Below are positions 9,169-18,495 of a stretch of 64,000 bases of DNA, in pieces; positions within the stretch are counted from its first letter, which is position 1; each line of letters starts with the position of its first letter. The DNA is from a bacterium (lineage in GTDB: Bacteria; Patescibacteriota; Minisyncoccia; Moranbacterales; DUUL01). Made by a program: the position numbers and the translations under genes. The notes beneath the pieces are model-generated. The model ran no database searches and was not told the DNA's origin. It was given only the letters and a program-made list of their open reading frames with translations. Where the stretch lies: positions 81,288 through 145,287 of the forward strand of contig JABGXP010000014.1 in NCBI GenBank assembly GCA_018675685.1. Reading direction: 5' to 3'.

Positions 9169-10122
9169 TTATTTTAAAATTGTTTTTATGAAAGTTGGTC
9201 TTCCGTTTACAAAATCCTTGGCAGAAATTTCATTTTTCCCCTCTAATTGAACTGTTTTTAATAATAAAGCACCTTGGATTGTTTGAATTAACACCTCCTT
9301 GTCACGTTCGAACACTTGTCCTACCTCCATTGAATAGTTTTTTGAATCATAATCTTTGAAGGTCAATGTAACTCTTTTGTCTAAGTCAGCTTGTTTCCAG
9401 AAAGCACAAACTTTTGGCCAAACATTGAAGGCACGATATAAATTGAAGATATCTTCAGCATTTTGGTTCTGCCAAAGTATTTTCCCATCTTCTTTTCTTA
9501 TCATTCTTGTTGATGAAGACTGCTCATTGTTTTGCGGTGTAGAAGTAAGCTCTTTTTTTACAATCTTTTCAAGAGTCGGGATGAGTAATTGATTCGAAAT
9601 TTTAATTAGCTCATCTTCTAATCCTAAATAAGTAATATCTCTAGGTATAACAATGCTTTTTTGTGAAAAAATCTTACCAGTATCAACCCCTTCATCCATC
9701 AACATAATGGAAACACCAGTCTTCCCCCTACCATTTTTTAGTGCATTATGAATCGGAGAAGAACCGCGAAACTCTGGTAAAACTGAAGCATGAACATTGA
9801 TACAACCAAACAAGGGAATATCCAGAATTTCTTTTGGTAAGATGATTCCGTAGGCAGCAACAATTATTAGATCTGGCTGTTTGCTTCTTAAAAGGTTTAT
9901 TGCAGTAGCATTTAATTTTTCATATTGAATAACTTCAATGCCTTGTTTCTTAGCAATCTCCTTGACTGGACTTGCAAGCAGTTTACTTTTTCTTCCAATT
10001 GCTTTGTCTGGTTGAGTGAAAACACAATCTATTTTTATGCCTTCTTCAAGTAAATTCAATAAAATTTCACTTGCAAAGCGAGGGGTTCCCATGAAGACTA
10101 TTTTCTTGGAATCTAATAACAT
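9169..10122 (-). CDS. fmt: methionyl-tRNA formyltransferase
   Basis: IVFMGTPRFA N-terminus, formyltransferase core (HASVLPEFRGSSPIHNAL) and C-terminal Fmt domain. Adjacent to def. Confidence 0.85.
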   Translation of the reverse strand: MLLDSKKIVFMGTPRFASEILLNLLEEGIKIDCVFTQPDKAIGRKSKLLASPVKEIAKKQGIEVIQYEKLNATAINLLRSKQPDLIIVAAYGIILPKEILDIPLFGCINVHASVLPEFRGSSPIHNALKNGRGKTGVSIMLMDEGVDTGKIFSQKSIVIPRDITYLGLEDELIKISNQLLIPTLEKIVKKELTSTPQNNEQSSSTRMIRKEDGKILWQNQNAEDIFNLYRAFNVWPKVCAFWKQADLDKRVTLTFKDYDSKNYSMEVGQVFERDKEVLIQTIQGALLLKTVQLEGKNEISAKDFVNGRPTFIKTILK

Positions 10123-10129
10123 CTTTTAT

Positions 10130-10588
10130 TTATTTTGTAGTAGTATTGCTAGCTATTTTGTGGTCAATTAAAAGCGTTCCTTCAAGATGGTCAATTTCGT
10201 GTTGTAGCGCTCGGGCAAAGAACCCACGAGCCCTAATTATTTGTTTTTTGCCGTTTGCATCGATTGCCTTAACTTTTATTTTTTCGTATCGCTCAATTTG
10301 TAGGAATTTTCCAGGGAAAGAAAGGCAACCTTCCTCAGAAAGGATTTTTTCCCCTGAAAGTTTTTTAATTTCAGGATTAATCAATACAAAAAGTTCATCT
10401 TCGATTTCTATAATGCAAAGTTGAATATTTTCACCAACCTGCGGTGCTGCAAGTCCAACACCTTTATGTGCTCTTAAGGTATCTGTCATTTCGGTGATAA
10501 GGTTCTTAATCCTATCATTAGTTGGATCCATCACAGGAAGAGATTTTTTTCGTAAAATATCATTTGGGAAGGTCAGTAGTTCTAGCAT
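10130..10588 (-). CDS. def: peptide deformylase
   Basis: All three PDF motifs are present: GVGLAAPQVG, EGCLSFPG and HEIDHLEG. The start was chosen at the internal Met (MLELLTFPNDIL) to avoid overlap with priA. Confidence 0.85.
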   Translation of the reverse strand: MLELLTFPNDILRKKSLPVMDPTNDRIKNLITEMTDTLRAHKGVGLAAPQVGENIQLCIIEIEDELFVLINPEIKKLSGEKILSEEGCLSFPGKFLQIERYEKIKVKAIDANGKKQIIRARGFFARALQHEIDHLEGTLLIDHKIASNTTTK

Positions 10589-10646
10589 CAGACTGTAGTT
10601 AGATTTAATAAGTTGTTGAGAAAATTTACTTGATATTCTTATTGTA

Positions 10647-12653
10647 TTAGAAAATTGATTCAGAATCAACATCAATAATCCATTCATCAGGAACGATATT
10701 TGAAATACTCTTCCAAGTTTCAGATGTAAATGATGTTGTTTTCAAGAGAATGTGTTTTTCCCATCTCCCCCTGACCTTTTTGATAGTAGCAAAATAAGGT
10801 GGTTGAACCAAGGTTTTTGAGTTTCTAAAGTTTGTCGAAAGTTTATTGTAGGTTACTCTCGTTTTTTTAGCAAGAGTTGCTTCGTTAGGTTGCTTGAGAG
10901 TAAGACGAATTATATAAGAAAAAGGAGGGTAACTAAAAGCTTTTCTTGTCTCCAGTTCTTCCTTTGCAAATTCTAACCAATTTTGTTTCTGCACAGTTTC
11001 CAAGAGTTCACTTGCAGGGTCGTATGTTTGAATAATGCATTTTCCGTTTCGCTTGCTATTCACTCGATTTAGCCTTCCAGCCAATTGGAATAGATTTCCG
11101 ACCCATCTTTCGTCAAAACGAAAATCTGTTTGTCCAGCCCAATTATCAACGTTTATGGTAGCAGTGAGTTCAACGTTCGGTAAATCAAATCCTTTTGCAA
11201 TTGCATAGGTACCAACAAGAATATCAAGTTTATTATTCTGTAGTTTTTGAAAGAGTATCTTTCTGTCACTAATTTTTTCAAAAATTGTGCCATCAATAAG
11301 CTCGATTCTTGCGGAAGGGTAATGTTTCTTAAGGAAGCTGGCAACACCCTCTGTTCCAAACCCAATGTCCTTTAAGCGAAAACTTTTGCAAGAAGGACAT
11401 TGAGTCAGATTTGATGTTTTGAATGAGCAATGAAGACATTTATAGTTATTTTTTTCATGAACAAGAGGTAAGTTGCAAGAAGGGCATTGAAGTTTCTTCT
11501 TGCAATCAGTGCAATAGATAAGCTTACTTTTACCTCTTCTTGGAATGAGCACAAAAGAAAGCCCTTTCCTTTTAAGTGTTTTTGCAAGTTCAGTTTCCAG
11601 CTCTTCTGAAAAAGGAATCTCTCCTCTTTTAGTGTATATTTTTCTTAAATCAGGCAAAATAAACTCAGGTTCTATAACTTGGAAACCTTTTATTTTTAAT
11701 CTAGGGAGCTCCAAGAAGTAATATTTTCCATCTAGAGATTTTTTGACGGATTCCATCGACGGTGTACTTGAAATGAAAATAGTTTTAGTTTTGTAGATTT
11801 TCGTCATCATCTCCACTACAGTTCTTGCGTGATATCGAGGTGAACTATCCCATTGTTTATGCGAGATATCTTGCTCTTCATCAACAATGATTAATCCTAA
11901 ATTTTTAAACGGTAAGAAGAGCCCAATTCTGGTTGAAATTATAATATCAGCTGAACCTTCTTTTATTTGATTAAGCGCAAAAGTTACTTCCGTGGATTTC
12001 AATTTGGAATGGAAGAACAAGATGTTTTTTCCAGAAAATCTCTTTTTATATCTGATAATTTCTTGATTGGAGAGAAAAATTTCAGGAATAATTAAAAGAG
12101 ATTGTTTCTTTTCCTTGAGCATTTCTTGCATAGTAGTCATAGCCACCTCTGTTTTTCCGGCACAAGCAGGACCAAAGAGAAGAAATGGCTTTGTTGCGTT
12201 TCCATGTTTTATTTCTCCAATGACACTTTTTTGCTCTTTGGTGTGTTTTATTTTTTTTTGATCTTTCTCAGACTTAGACTGCTTAACAAAACAGGGAGTT
12301 TCTTTTTTGGCAAACTTTGGCACAAATTGTTTTGTGACAACACCAAGTGAGGTTAGATAATATACAGAAATTTGCCTTGCTAGTTTAATTTGCCTTGGAG
12401 TTAAAAATCCATAGCTAATAACTTTTGAAATAGGCCTTGTTTTGAATGTTGGGCGAGTTGTTTTTTTTGCTACAATCCCCGTAATCTTTTTTCTTCCGAA
12501 ATTAATCTCAACCAATGTTCCTATTGCTATTTCAATGTTATTTGAATAGGTGAAAAACTGAGGCTTATTCCGAGCCACCTTTGTTAGTGGGATGACATCA
12601 AAATAGTTCATTTTGTTTAAATATTTTTTGCTATTCTCTAATTTATTTTCCAA
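10647..12653 (-). CDS. priA: primosomal protein N' (PriA helicase)
   Basis: N-terminal 3'-DNA-binding region, Walker A LLFGPACAGKTEVAM, DEEQ box, cysteine-rich zinc-binding insertion (CTDCKKKLQCPSCN ... CLHCS ... CPSC) and the C-terminal PriA domain. Confidence 0.85.
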   Translation of the reverse strand: MENKLENSKKYLNKMNYFDVIPLTKVARNKPQFFTYSNNIEIAIGTLVEINFGRKKITGIVAKKTTRPTFKTRPISKVISYGFLTPRQIKLARQISVYYLTSLGVVTKQFVPKFAKKETPCFVKQSKSEKDQKKIKHTKEQKSVIGEIKHGNATKPFLLFGPACAGKTEVAMTTMQEMLKEKKQSLLIIPEIFLSNQEIIRYKKRFSGKNILFFHSKLKSTEVTFALNQIKEGSADIIISTRIGLFLPFKNLGLIIVDEEQDISHKQWDSSPRYHARTVVEMMTKIYKTKTIFISSTPSMESVKKSLDGKYYFLELPRLKIKGFQVIEPEFILPDLRKIYTKRGEIPFSEELETELAKTLKRKGLSFVLIPRRGKSKLIYCTDCKKKLQCPSCNLPLVHEKNNYKCLHCSFKTSNLTQCPSCKSFRLKDIGFGTEGVASFLKKHYPSARIELIDGTIFEKISDRKILFQKLQNNKLDILVGTYAIAKGFDLPNVELTATINVDNWAGQTDFRFDERWVGNLFQLAGRLNRVNSKRNGKCIIQTYDPASELLETVQKQNWLEFAKEELETRKAFSYPPFSYIIRLTLKQPNEATLAKKTRVTYNKLSTNFRNSKTLVQPPYFATIKKVRGRWEKHILLKTTSFTSETWKSISNIVPDEWIIDVDSESIF

Positions 12654-13432
12654 TGACCAACGAGATAACCAACTCCAATAGGCGCTTCATAGGAAAGTTG
12701 CTTAAAAGTGTGCCTATGATTCTCTAGTGCCCCAAGCGCAATAATAATCGAGCGTAGACCACATTCTCCAGCTTCTTCACAAAAATCAGGATTTAAATTC
12801 ATGATTTTAGAGGTCTCGTTTTTCTTGAGAAGCTCTATGAGCGTTTGATCAAATTTGACTCCATATGGAGAGAACCCAGCAGGGGCATCTTCAGTAAGAC
12901 GATGAGACATGTCTCCGCTGGCAATAATCGCAACATTTTCATTAACTTCGTCGATGACCTCACTTATGAATTTTCCGAAATTAAAATGTGTTTGCCAATC
13001 TAACGCTGTGTATGTCAAGGGAATAATCTTTGGCCTCCAACTCAAGTCTTTTAAGAGATGAAAAAGAGGAATAAGCACACCATGATCAATTTTTGACTCT
13101 CGAAGAACCTCTATCGGAAAATGTTTCTTCCTTAATTCAGAAAAAACTAGTTTTGCTAATTCTGGGTTGTTAGAAAAAGAAAAGTCGCTATTAGATGCTC
13201 CAAAATCAGAAAAACTACCCTTGAAATTATCTTCAAAGTTAATTGTGAATTTATCATATCTCATCGGTCCATGAGGTGAAACAATTATGATTGTCTCTGG
13301 TGCGGCTTTCTTGAATTCTTTCGCCAGTTTTTCCAGTGCATCAATTGTTTTTTTCGCAAGAGTAATTTGAGATCCTCCAATCTCTGGAATGATAAGTGGT
13401 GGATGAGGGCAAATTGCAGCAAAATTCAACAT
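12638..13432 (-). CDS. class III extradiol dioxygenase family protein (LigB/YgiD/DODA-like)
   Basis: AAICPHPPLIIPEIGG, TIIIVSPHGPM and IIASGDMSHRL align with E. coli YgiD ALFLGHGSPMN / AIVVVSAHW / LVASGNVVHNL. Confidence 0.55.
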   Translation of the reverse strand: MLNFAAICPHPPLIIPEIGGSQITLAKKTIDALEKLAKEFKKAAPETIIIVSPHGPMRYDKFTINFEDNFKGSFSDFGASNSDFSFSNNPELAKLVFSELRKKHFPIEVLRESKIDHGVLIPLFHLLKDLSWRPKIIPLTYTALDWQTHFNFGKFISEVIDEVNENVAIIASGDMSHRLTEDAPAGFSPYGVKFDQTLIELLKKNETSKIMNLNPDFCEEAGECGLRSIIIALGALENHRHTFKQLSYEAPIGVGYLVGHWKIN

Positions 13433-13690
13433 CTTTTTTTGTTATTTTCCATAAAAAACAAGATAAAAGTATTTTTTGTAAAATACTTCAATGATTCTTT
13501 CGTCTATAACGATAGCAAAAGAGTTTGAAAAAGTCCAACTTCAGGGGCCCCAGAGACAATACGAATATATGCAAATGTATTGACATTTTCATATAAATGT
13601 GTTAAAATTTTAAAAATGGTACTTTAAATCTATAAAATATACACAATAGAAAAAACGGTTTAAATTTTTTCAAAGAGAGGAGAGAATAAA

Positions 13691-13909
13691 ATGAATGCAT
13701 TGGTTCATGAGGTAGCAAAAGCTCTTTTTCTTACGGGAGCATTAGGTTTTTTAGTGCTTATAGTTGTGTCAATATATGGAGCACACAGAAAAAAACGGAG
13801 CAACGAAGATGGAATGCTGGACTATAAAAGGGATCTCAGACCTGTTTATTGGTTGCTTGCAACAATGGCGTTGATGATATCTGGAATTGGTTTGGGAATT
13901 TTTTTCTGA
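13691..13909 (+). CDS. small two-TM membrane protein, hypothetical
   Basis: Two hydrophobic helices. Preceded by a TTGACA-17-TAAAAT promoter-like sequence at 13580-13608 and an AGGAGAG RBS. Confidence 0.3.
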   Translation: MNALVHEVAKALFLTGALGFLVLIVVSIYGAHRKKRSNEDGMLDYKRDLRPVYWLLATMALMISGIGLGIFF

Positions 13910-14140
13910 CAACAGAAATTTTGTGAATATTTTTAAAAAGGCATGAACTAGAACTTCTAGTGCATGCCTTTTTACTTTTTGATTAACAGAAATCATTTTT
14001 TATAAGGATTTATTTGAACTATTTTTGAAATTATAACCAAAGTTTTTAATAAATACAACATTGCGGAATGAAGATTCTTTCATGTCAAGAGTTGACACCA
14101 TCCCAATGCAAGATTATAATGTAGTAGTGTCATGGAGTAC

Positions 14141-14169
14141 TTGATTGACACAACATATTGTGCTATTAT
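14141..14169 (+). promoter_or_regulatory. nrdR promoter (TTGATT/TTGACA ... TATTAT) overlapping a candidate NrdR box
   Basis: The 16-mer aCACAAcATATTGTGc at 14148-14163 is a near-perfect palindrome matching the published NrdR-box shape (CAC..ATAT..GTG). It sits between the -35 and -10 elements about 35 nt upstream of the nrdR ATG. Confidence 0.45.
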
Positions 14170-14197
14170 GTAGAAAAGAGTTAAATAAAACAAAATT

Positions 14198-14656
14198 ATG
14201 AAGTGTCCTTACTGTGGTCACAAGGAAACGAAGGTTGTTGATTCGCGAGAAATTGAAGACGGAAAGACGATCAGGAGGAGAAGGGAATGTGAGAAAGTGG
14301 AATGCAAGTTGAGATTTTCAACATATGAGCAAATTGAAACACTAAATTCGACTGTGTTGAAGCGCGACGGACAAAAAGAAGAATATAAAAGAGAGAAACT
14401 AGAAGAATCAATTAGAAGGGCAACAAACAAGAGATTGGAAGAATCTCAAATTGCACAAATTATTTCATCCGTTGAGTCCGAACTACGAACAAAGGGAAAA
14501 TGTGAGATGACTGCAAAGGAGATTGGAGAAGTAGTACTAACACATTTAAAAACACGCGATGAAGTTTCATATTTGCGATTTGCTTCAGTTTTTAAATCAT
14601 TTGGAACAGGAAAAAGATTTGTGAAAGAACTCGATAAGTTGGAGGAAAAAGAATAA
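14198..14656 (+). CDS. nrdR: transcriptional repressor NrdR (zinc ribbon plus ATP-cone)
   Basis: MKCPYCGHKETKVVDSRE ... RRRRECEKVECKLRFSTYE zinc ribbon followed by an ATP-cone. Confidence 0.9.
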   Translation: MKCPYCGHKETKVVDSREIEDGKTIRRRRECEKVECKLRFSTYEQIETLNSTVLKRDGQKEEYKREKLEESIRRATNKRLEESQIAQIISSVESELRTKGKCEMTAKEIGEVVLTHLKTRDEVSYLRFASVFKSFGTGKRFVKELDKLEEKE

Positions 14657-14764
14657 CAAAAAGATAAACACAAGAAAGGTAATTACATTTGGAAAGTTTT
14701 TGGCCAAAAATATTCCAATATTCCAATATCCATAATATATTAATTTTTGCGGGGGCAAACAAAA

Positions 14765-16894
14765 ATGAAAAAAGGGAAAAAACAGGTAGCTGCAAAGAAA
14801 GTGAACATTGCAAGAGCTACAAAAGGGGCGAAAACAAAGAAAAAAAGATTTGTACCGAAATTTAGCGAAGTTGTGAAAAGAGATGGCTCGGTGGTTAAAT
14901 TCTCTCAGAAAAAGATTTCAGAGGCTGTCTACAAGGCCTTCAAAGAGGTTGATGAGGGAAGTCTAGTGAAAGCAAGAGCTGTGTCAGAGAAAGCAGCTAG
15001 AATGCTGAGTAAGAACTGTGCACGTGGATATGTTCCGAGTATTGAAGAGGTTCAGGATACGGTTGAGAGAGTTTTAATGGTACTAGATTTTGAGGAAACA
15101 GCCAAAGCATATATCTTATATCGAGATAAGCGAAGAAAAATCAGAGACACAGAAGCTTCTTTGGAAGAAGCGGTTGAATTAGTGGATCAATACCTAAGAG
15201 AACTTGATTGGCAAGTGAAGGAAAATTCAAACATGGCATATTCCTTGCAAGGTTTGAATAATTACATTTCTTCAATTGTGAGTAGTAAGTACTGGATGGA
15301 AAGAATCTATGCAAAGAAAATTAAACGTTCGCATGAAGAAGGAGATCTACATATACATGACTTGGATAAATTAGCAGCTTATTGCTGTGGCTGGGATCTT
15401 CAAGATTTATTAAATAGAGGGTTCACAGGAGTTCCTGGAAAGATTTCCTGTAAACCACCACGACATTTTAGAACGGCGCTTGGACAATTAGTCAACTTCT
15501 TCTACACAACGCAGGGTGAAACAGCTGGAGCTCAAGCATTTTCAAACATTGATACATTGCTTGCACCATTTATTAAGTATGACAAGTTAGACTACAAAGC
15601 CGTGAAACAGGCTATTCAGGAATTTGTTTTCAATTTAAATGTTCCAACAAGGGTCGGATTTCAAACTCCATTTACCAATATCACATTAGACCTAGAGGTA
15701 CCAAAGATGTTCAAGGATCAGAATGTGATTAGGGGTGGTCAATTACAGGAAGACAAGTATGGTGATTTTCAAGAAGAGATGGACATGTTTAATCGGGCAT
15801 TTGCTGAAGTGATGAGCGAGGGTGATGCAAACGGAAGAGTGTTCACATTTCCAATTCCTACATATAACATTTCGAAGAAATTTAATTGGGATAACAAGAA
15901 TTTGGACAAAGTCTGGGAGATGACAGCTAAATATGGAATTCCATACTTTGCAAACTTCATTAATTCTGATATGGACCCAGAAGACGCTCGTTCAATGTGT
16001 TGCAGGCTAAGACTTGACAACAGAGAACTTCGGAAGAGAATGGGTGGCTTGTTTGGAGCTGCACCGCTAACAGGTTCAATTGGCGTTGTGACAATCAATC
16101 TTCCAAGAATTGGATACCTAGCAAAAGATAAAAAAGATTTCTATAAGAGATTAGATGTCCTAATGGATATCGCCAGAGACAGTTTGGAGGTCAAACGGAA
16201 GGTTATCGATAATTTTACAAAGAAAGGTTTGTATCCATATGCTGCATTCTATCTAGATGGGACGTTGCAAAGAAAGGGAAGTTGTTGGTCAAATCATTTC
16301 TCAACAATCGGCCTTGTGGGAATGAACGAGGCTGTTGTAAACTTGATTGGAAAATCAATTACCACAAAAACCGGAGTAAAATTCGCAGAAGAGGTTTTGG
16401 TTCATATGAGAGAGCGCATGATAAAATTCCAGACAGAAACTGATAATTTATATAACCTAGAAGCAACACCAGCAGAAGGAACAAGTTACCGACTAGCCCT
16501 CAAGGACCAAAAGCGTTTTCCAAAGATGATTTTTGCAAATAACGGAGCGGTAGAAGAAGGAGCTCAACCATATTACACAAACTCCTCGCAATTGCCTGTT
16601 GGACATACTGACGATCTATTTGAAGCACTGGACTTGCAAGATAAGTTGCAAACGAAGTATACTGGCGGGACTGTGCTACATGGATTTCTCGGAGAGCGAA
16701 TTAATGATATTAATACAACGAAAAGTCTTGTGAAAAAAATTGCCTCAAATTATGAGATGCCATATTTCACACTTTCTCCGACTTTCAGTGTTTGTCCAGT
16801 TCACGGGTATTTAACAGGAGAGCACAAGGCATGTCCAAAATGTGTTGCTCATTTGCCAGAGAAATATTCCAAGAAGTCTGCAGAGGTTAAATAA
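14765..16894 (+). CDS. nrdD: anaerobic ribonucleoside-triphosphate reductase (class III RNR) large polypeptide; it carries a C-terminal CxxH..CxxC zinc ribbon but no glycyl-radical motif
   Basis: N-terminal ATP-cone (VVKRDGSVVKFSQKKISEAVYKAF) and a class III RNR core. The polypeptide ends with SVCPVHGYLTGEHKACPKCV. The track ORF starts at TTG 14747; the ATG at 14765 is preferred. Confidence 0.85.
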   Translation: MKKGKKQVAAKKVNIARATKGAKTKKKRFVPKFSEVVKRDGSVVKFSQKKISEAVYKAFKEVDEGSLVKARAVSEKAARMLSKNCARGYVPSIEEVQDTVERVLMVLDFEETAKAYILYRDKRRKIRDTEASLEEAVELVDQYLRELDWQVKENSNMAYSLQGLNNYISSIVSSKYWMERIYAKKIKRSHEEGDLHIHDLDKLAAYCCGWDLQDLLNRGFTGVPGKISCKPPRHFRTALGQLVNFFYTTQGETAGAQAFSNIDTLLAPFIKYDKLDYKAVKQAIQEFVFNLNVPTRVGFQTPFTNITLDLEVPKMFKDQNVIRGGQLQEDKYGDFQEEMDMFNRAFAEVMSEGDANGRVFTFPIPTYNISKKFNWDNKNLDKVWEMTAKYGIPYFANFINSDMDPEDARSMCCRLRLDNRELRKRMGGLFGAAPLTGSIGVVTINLPRIGYLAKDKKDFYKRLDVLMDIARDSLEVKRKVIDNFTKKGLYPYAAFYLDGTLQRKGSCWSNHFSTIGLVGMNEAVVNLIGKSITTKTGVKFAEEVLVHMRERMIKFQTETDNLYNLEATPAEGTSYRLALKDQKRFPKMIFANNGAVEEGAQPYYTNSSQLPVGHTDDLFEALDLQDKLQTKYTGGTVLHGFLGERINDINTTKSLVKKIASNYEMPYFTLSPTFSVCPVHGYLTGEHKACPKCVAHLPEKYSKKSAEVK

Positions 16895-16945
16895 TTAGCA
16901 AATAAATAGTTTACATATTTAATAAAACCATAAAAAACAAAAAAA

Positions 16946-17224
16946 ATGGTAAAAGTTACAAAACAAAAAATAGGGGAAAGTGAAATAGTTTGTCATGACT
17001 GCGGCAAGACAATGGCGGAAGGTGACATGTGCGTGCCTTATGATGTGGCAAAAAAAACTTTCTACAAGTGCGATAAATGCTTTGTAAAAGATGATTCATT
17101 AAGAAATTATCAAGAGACAGAGGTTTATTCTAGGATCGTTGGTTATATTAGACCAGTGAAGCAATGGAATGTTGGGAAGACAGCAGAATACGCTGATAGA
17201 AAAGAGTATTGTGTAGAAGCTTAA
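16946..17224 (+). CDS. stand-alone class III RNR glycyl-radical domain protein (zinc ribbon plus RIVGY motif)
   Basis: CHDCG ... CDKC zinc ribbon followed by YSRIVGYIRPVKQWNVGKTAEYADRKEY, which matches the NrdD C-terminal glycyl-radical signature (RVCGYLG .. WN.GK .. E .. R). It is in the same frame as nrdD but separated by three in-frame stop codons within 51 nt. Confidence 0.7.
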   Translation: MVKVTKQKIGESEIVCHDCGKTMAEGDMCVPYDVAKKTFYKCDKCFVKDDSLRNYQETEVYSRIVGYIRPVKQWNVGKTAEYADRKEYCVEA

Positions 17225-17300
17225 GTTTGCTGAAGGTGTAACGAAAGTTGCACCTTCTTCTTTTTACCTAGAAAAAAGAAATTAAAAATTAAGAAGTAAA

Positions 17301-18368
17301 ATGAGAAAAAGAATCGAGAAGTTTAAGGAAACATTTCATGCCCAGTCCTTCATTGCTGGAATCGTCGCGATTGTTTTTTTAGCGGGACTGTTTGTTTTTG
17401 TTTCTAATTTTAGTTTGGGTTTTAACGCAGTTGGGATCTCTACAATGATCGGTGAAGATAAGGTTGCTAGTATAATGAAGGATTTAGTGGAAAATAATTT
17501 AACTAAGAAGGGAACAGATGTAGCTGTCGAGAATGTTGAGTTTATTAAGGAACTGGGATTGTATGAAGTTAAGATGAAGCTTGCTGGGAAGGCAGAAACT
17601 AGTGCTTTTTTAAGTAGGGACGGGAAATATTTTGTTAAAGAGGCTGCAAGTTTGGAAGAAATTAAGTCAAAACGTGAGGCTCAAGAAGAGGCTGCAGCTG
17701 GGGAAGCGGAAAGAAAAAGAGATATCAAGATTCCCAAAACCAAAAAACCTAATGTTGAAGTTTTTGTGATGAGTCACTGTCCATTTGGAACACAGGTGCA
17801 AAAAGGTTTTCTACCTGTTATCAAAAAACTCGGAAGTAAGGCGGATATAAATTTCAAGTTTGTGGATTATTTAATGCATGGAAAAAAAGAATTGACTGAA
17901 AATTTGAATCAATATTGCATTGAGCAAGAGGAAAATAAAAAATACTTGAAATACCTGGAATGTTTTTTGGGTAGCACAGGAGAGGCGAGTGATTCAACGA
18001 GTTGTATGAAGGAGTTCGGAATTTCTGAAAAGAAAATTGCAAGCTGCAGTACCAAAGTTGATGAGAAATTTCTCATAAGTAAGCAGTTCGCAGACAAAAC
18101 TACTTGGCAAGGAGGAAAATACCCGCTTTTTAATTTGCAAAAAGAAGAAAATGACAAATATAAAGTTGGGGGATCACCAACTATCGTGATTAACGGTGTT
18201 ACCGTTGAACCAAACCGAGATCCGAAGAGTCTTTTAAAAACGGTATGCTCAGCCTTTGAGGAGGCTCCAAAGGAGTGTGAAGAGGTCGTTCCCTCTCAAA
18301 CACCGTCTCCGGGATTTGGCATTGGGAAGGCCCCAACAGTTTCAAGTGATGGAGGTTGCGAAGAATAG
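17301..18368 (+). CDS. membrane-anchored thioredoxin-fold (DsbA-like) protein with an atypical CPFG motif
   Basis: N-terminal TM. VFVMSHCPFGTQ at the position of a thioredoxin CxxC, and GGSPTIVINGV resembling the DsbA-family cis-Pro region. The second cysteine is absent. Confidence 0.4.
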   Translation: MRKRIEKFKETFHAQSFIAGIVAIVFLAGLFVFVSNFSLGFNAVGISTMIGEDKVASIMKDLVENNLTKKGTDVAVENVEFIKELGLYEVKMKLAGKAETSAFLSRDGKYFVKEAASLEEIKSKREAQEEAAAGEAERKRDIKIPKTKKPNVEVFVMSHCPFGTQVQKGFLPVIKKLGSKADINFKFVDYLMHGKKELTENLNQYCIEQEENKKYLKYLECFLGSTGEASDSTSCMKEFGISEKKIASCSTKVDEKFLISKQFADKTTWQGGKYPLFNLQKEENDKYKVGGSPTIVINGVTVEPNRDPKSLLKTVCSAFEEAPKECEEVVPSQTPSPGFGIGKAPTVSSDGGCEE

Positions 18369-18392
18369 AAGCTCTAAATTAGTATAAAATAA

Positions 18393-18422
18393 AACCACCA
18401 GTTTTTGCCGGTGGTTTTATTT
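18393..18422. terminator. bidirectional terminator hairpin between convergent genes
   Basis: aaaaccaccag-ttttt-gccggtggtttta flanked by A- and T-rich runs. Confidence 0.5.
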
Positions 18423-18495
18423 ATCAAAATTTCGTCTAACAACTCGTTATTTATTGATCGAGTTTAATCTAATTGAGCAATGTTAAAAAACTAGA

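Noticed and set aside
14657-14746. Canonical paired NrdR boxes upstream of nrdD
   Set aside because: Only AATATTCCAAT direct repeats are present. There is no CAC..GTG palindrome comparable to the one in the nrdR promoter.
16895-16945. Possibility that the nrdD / glycyl-radical split is a self-splicing intron, as in phage T4 nrdD
   Set aside because: The gap is only 51 nt with three in-frame stops. That is far too short for a group I or II intron, and no intron-like structure is evident.
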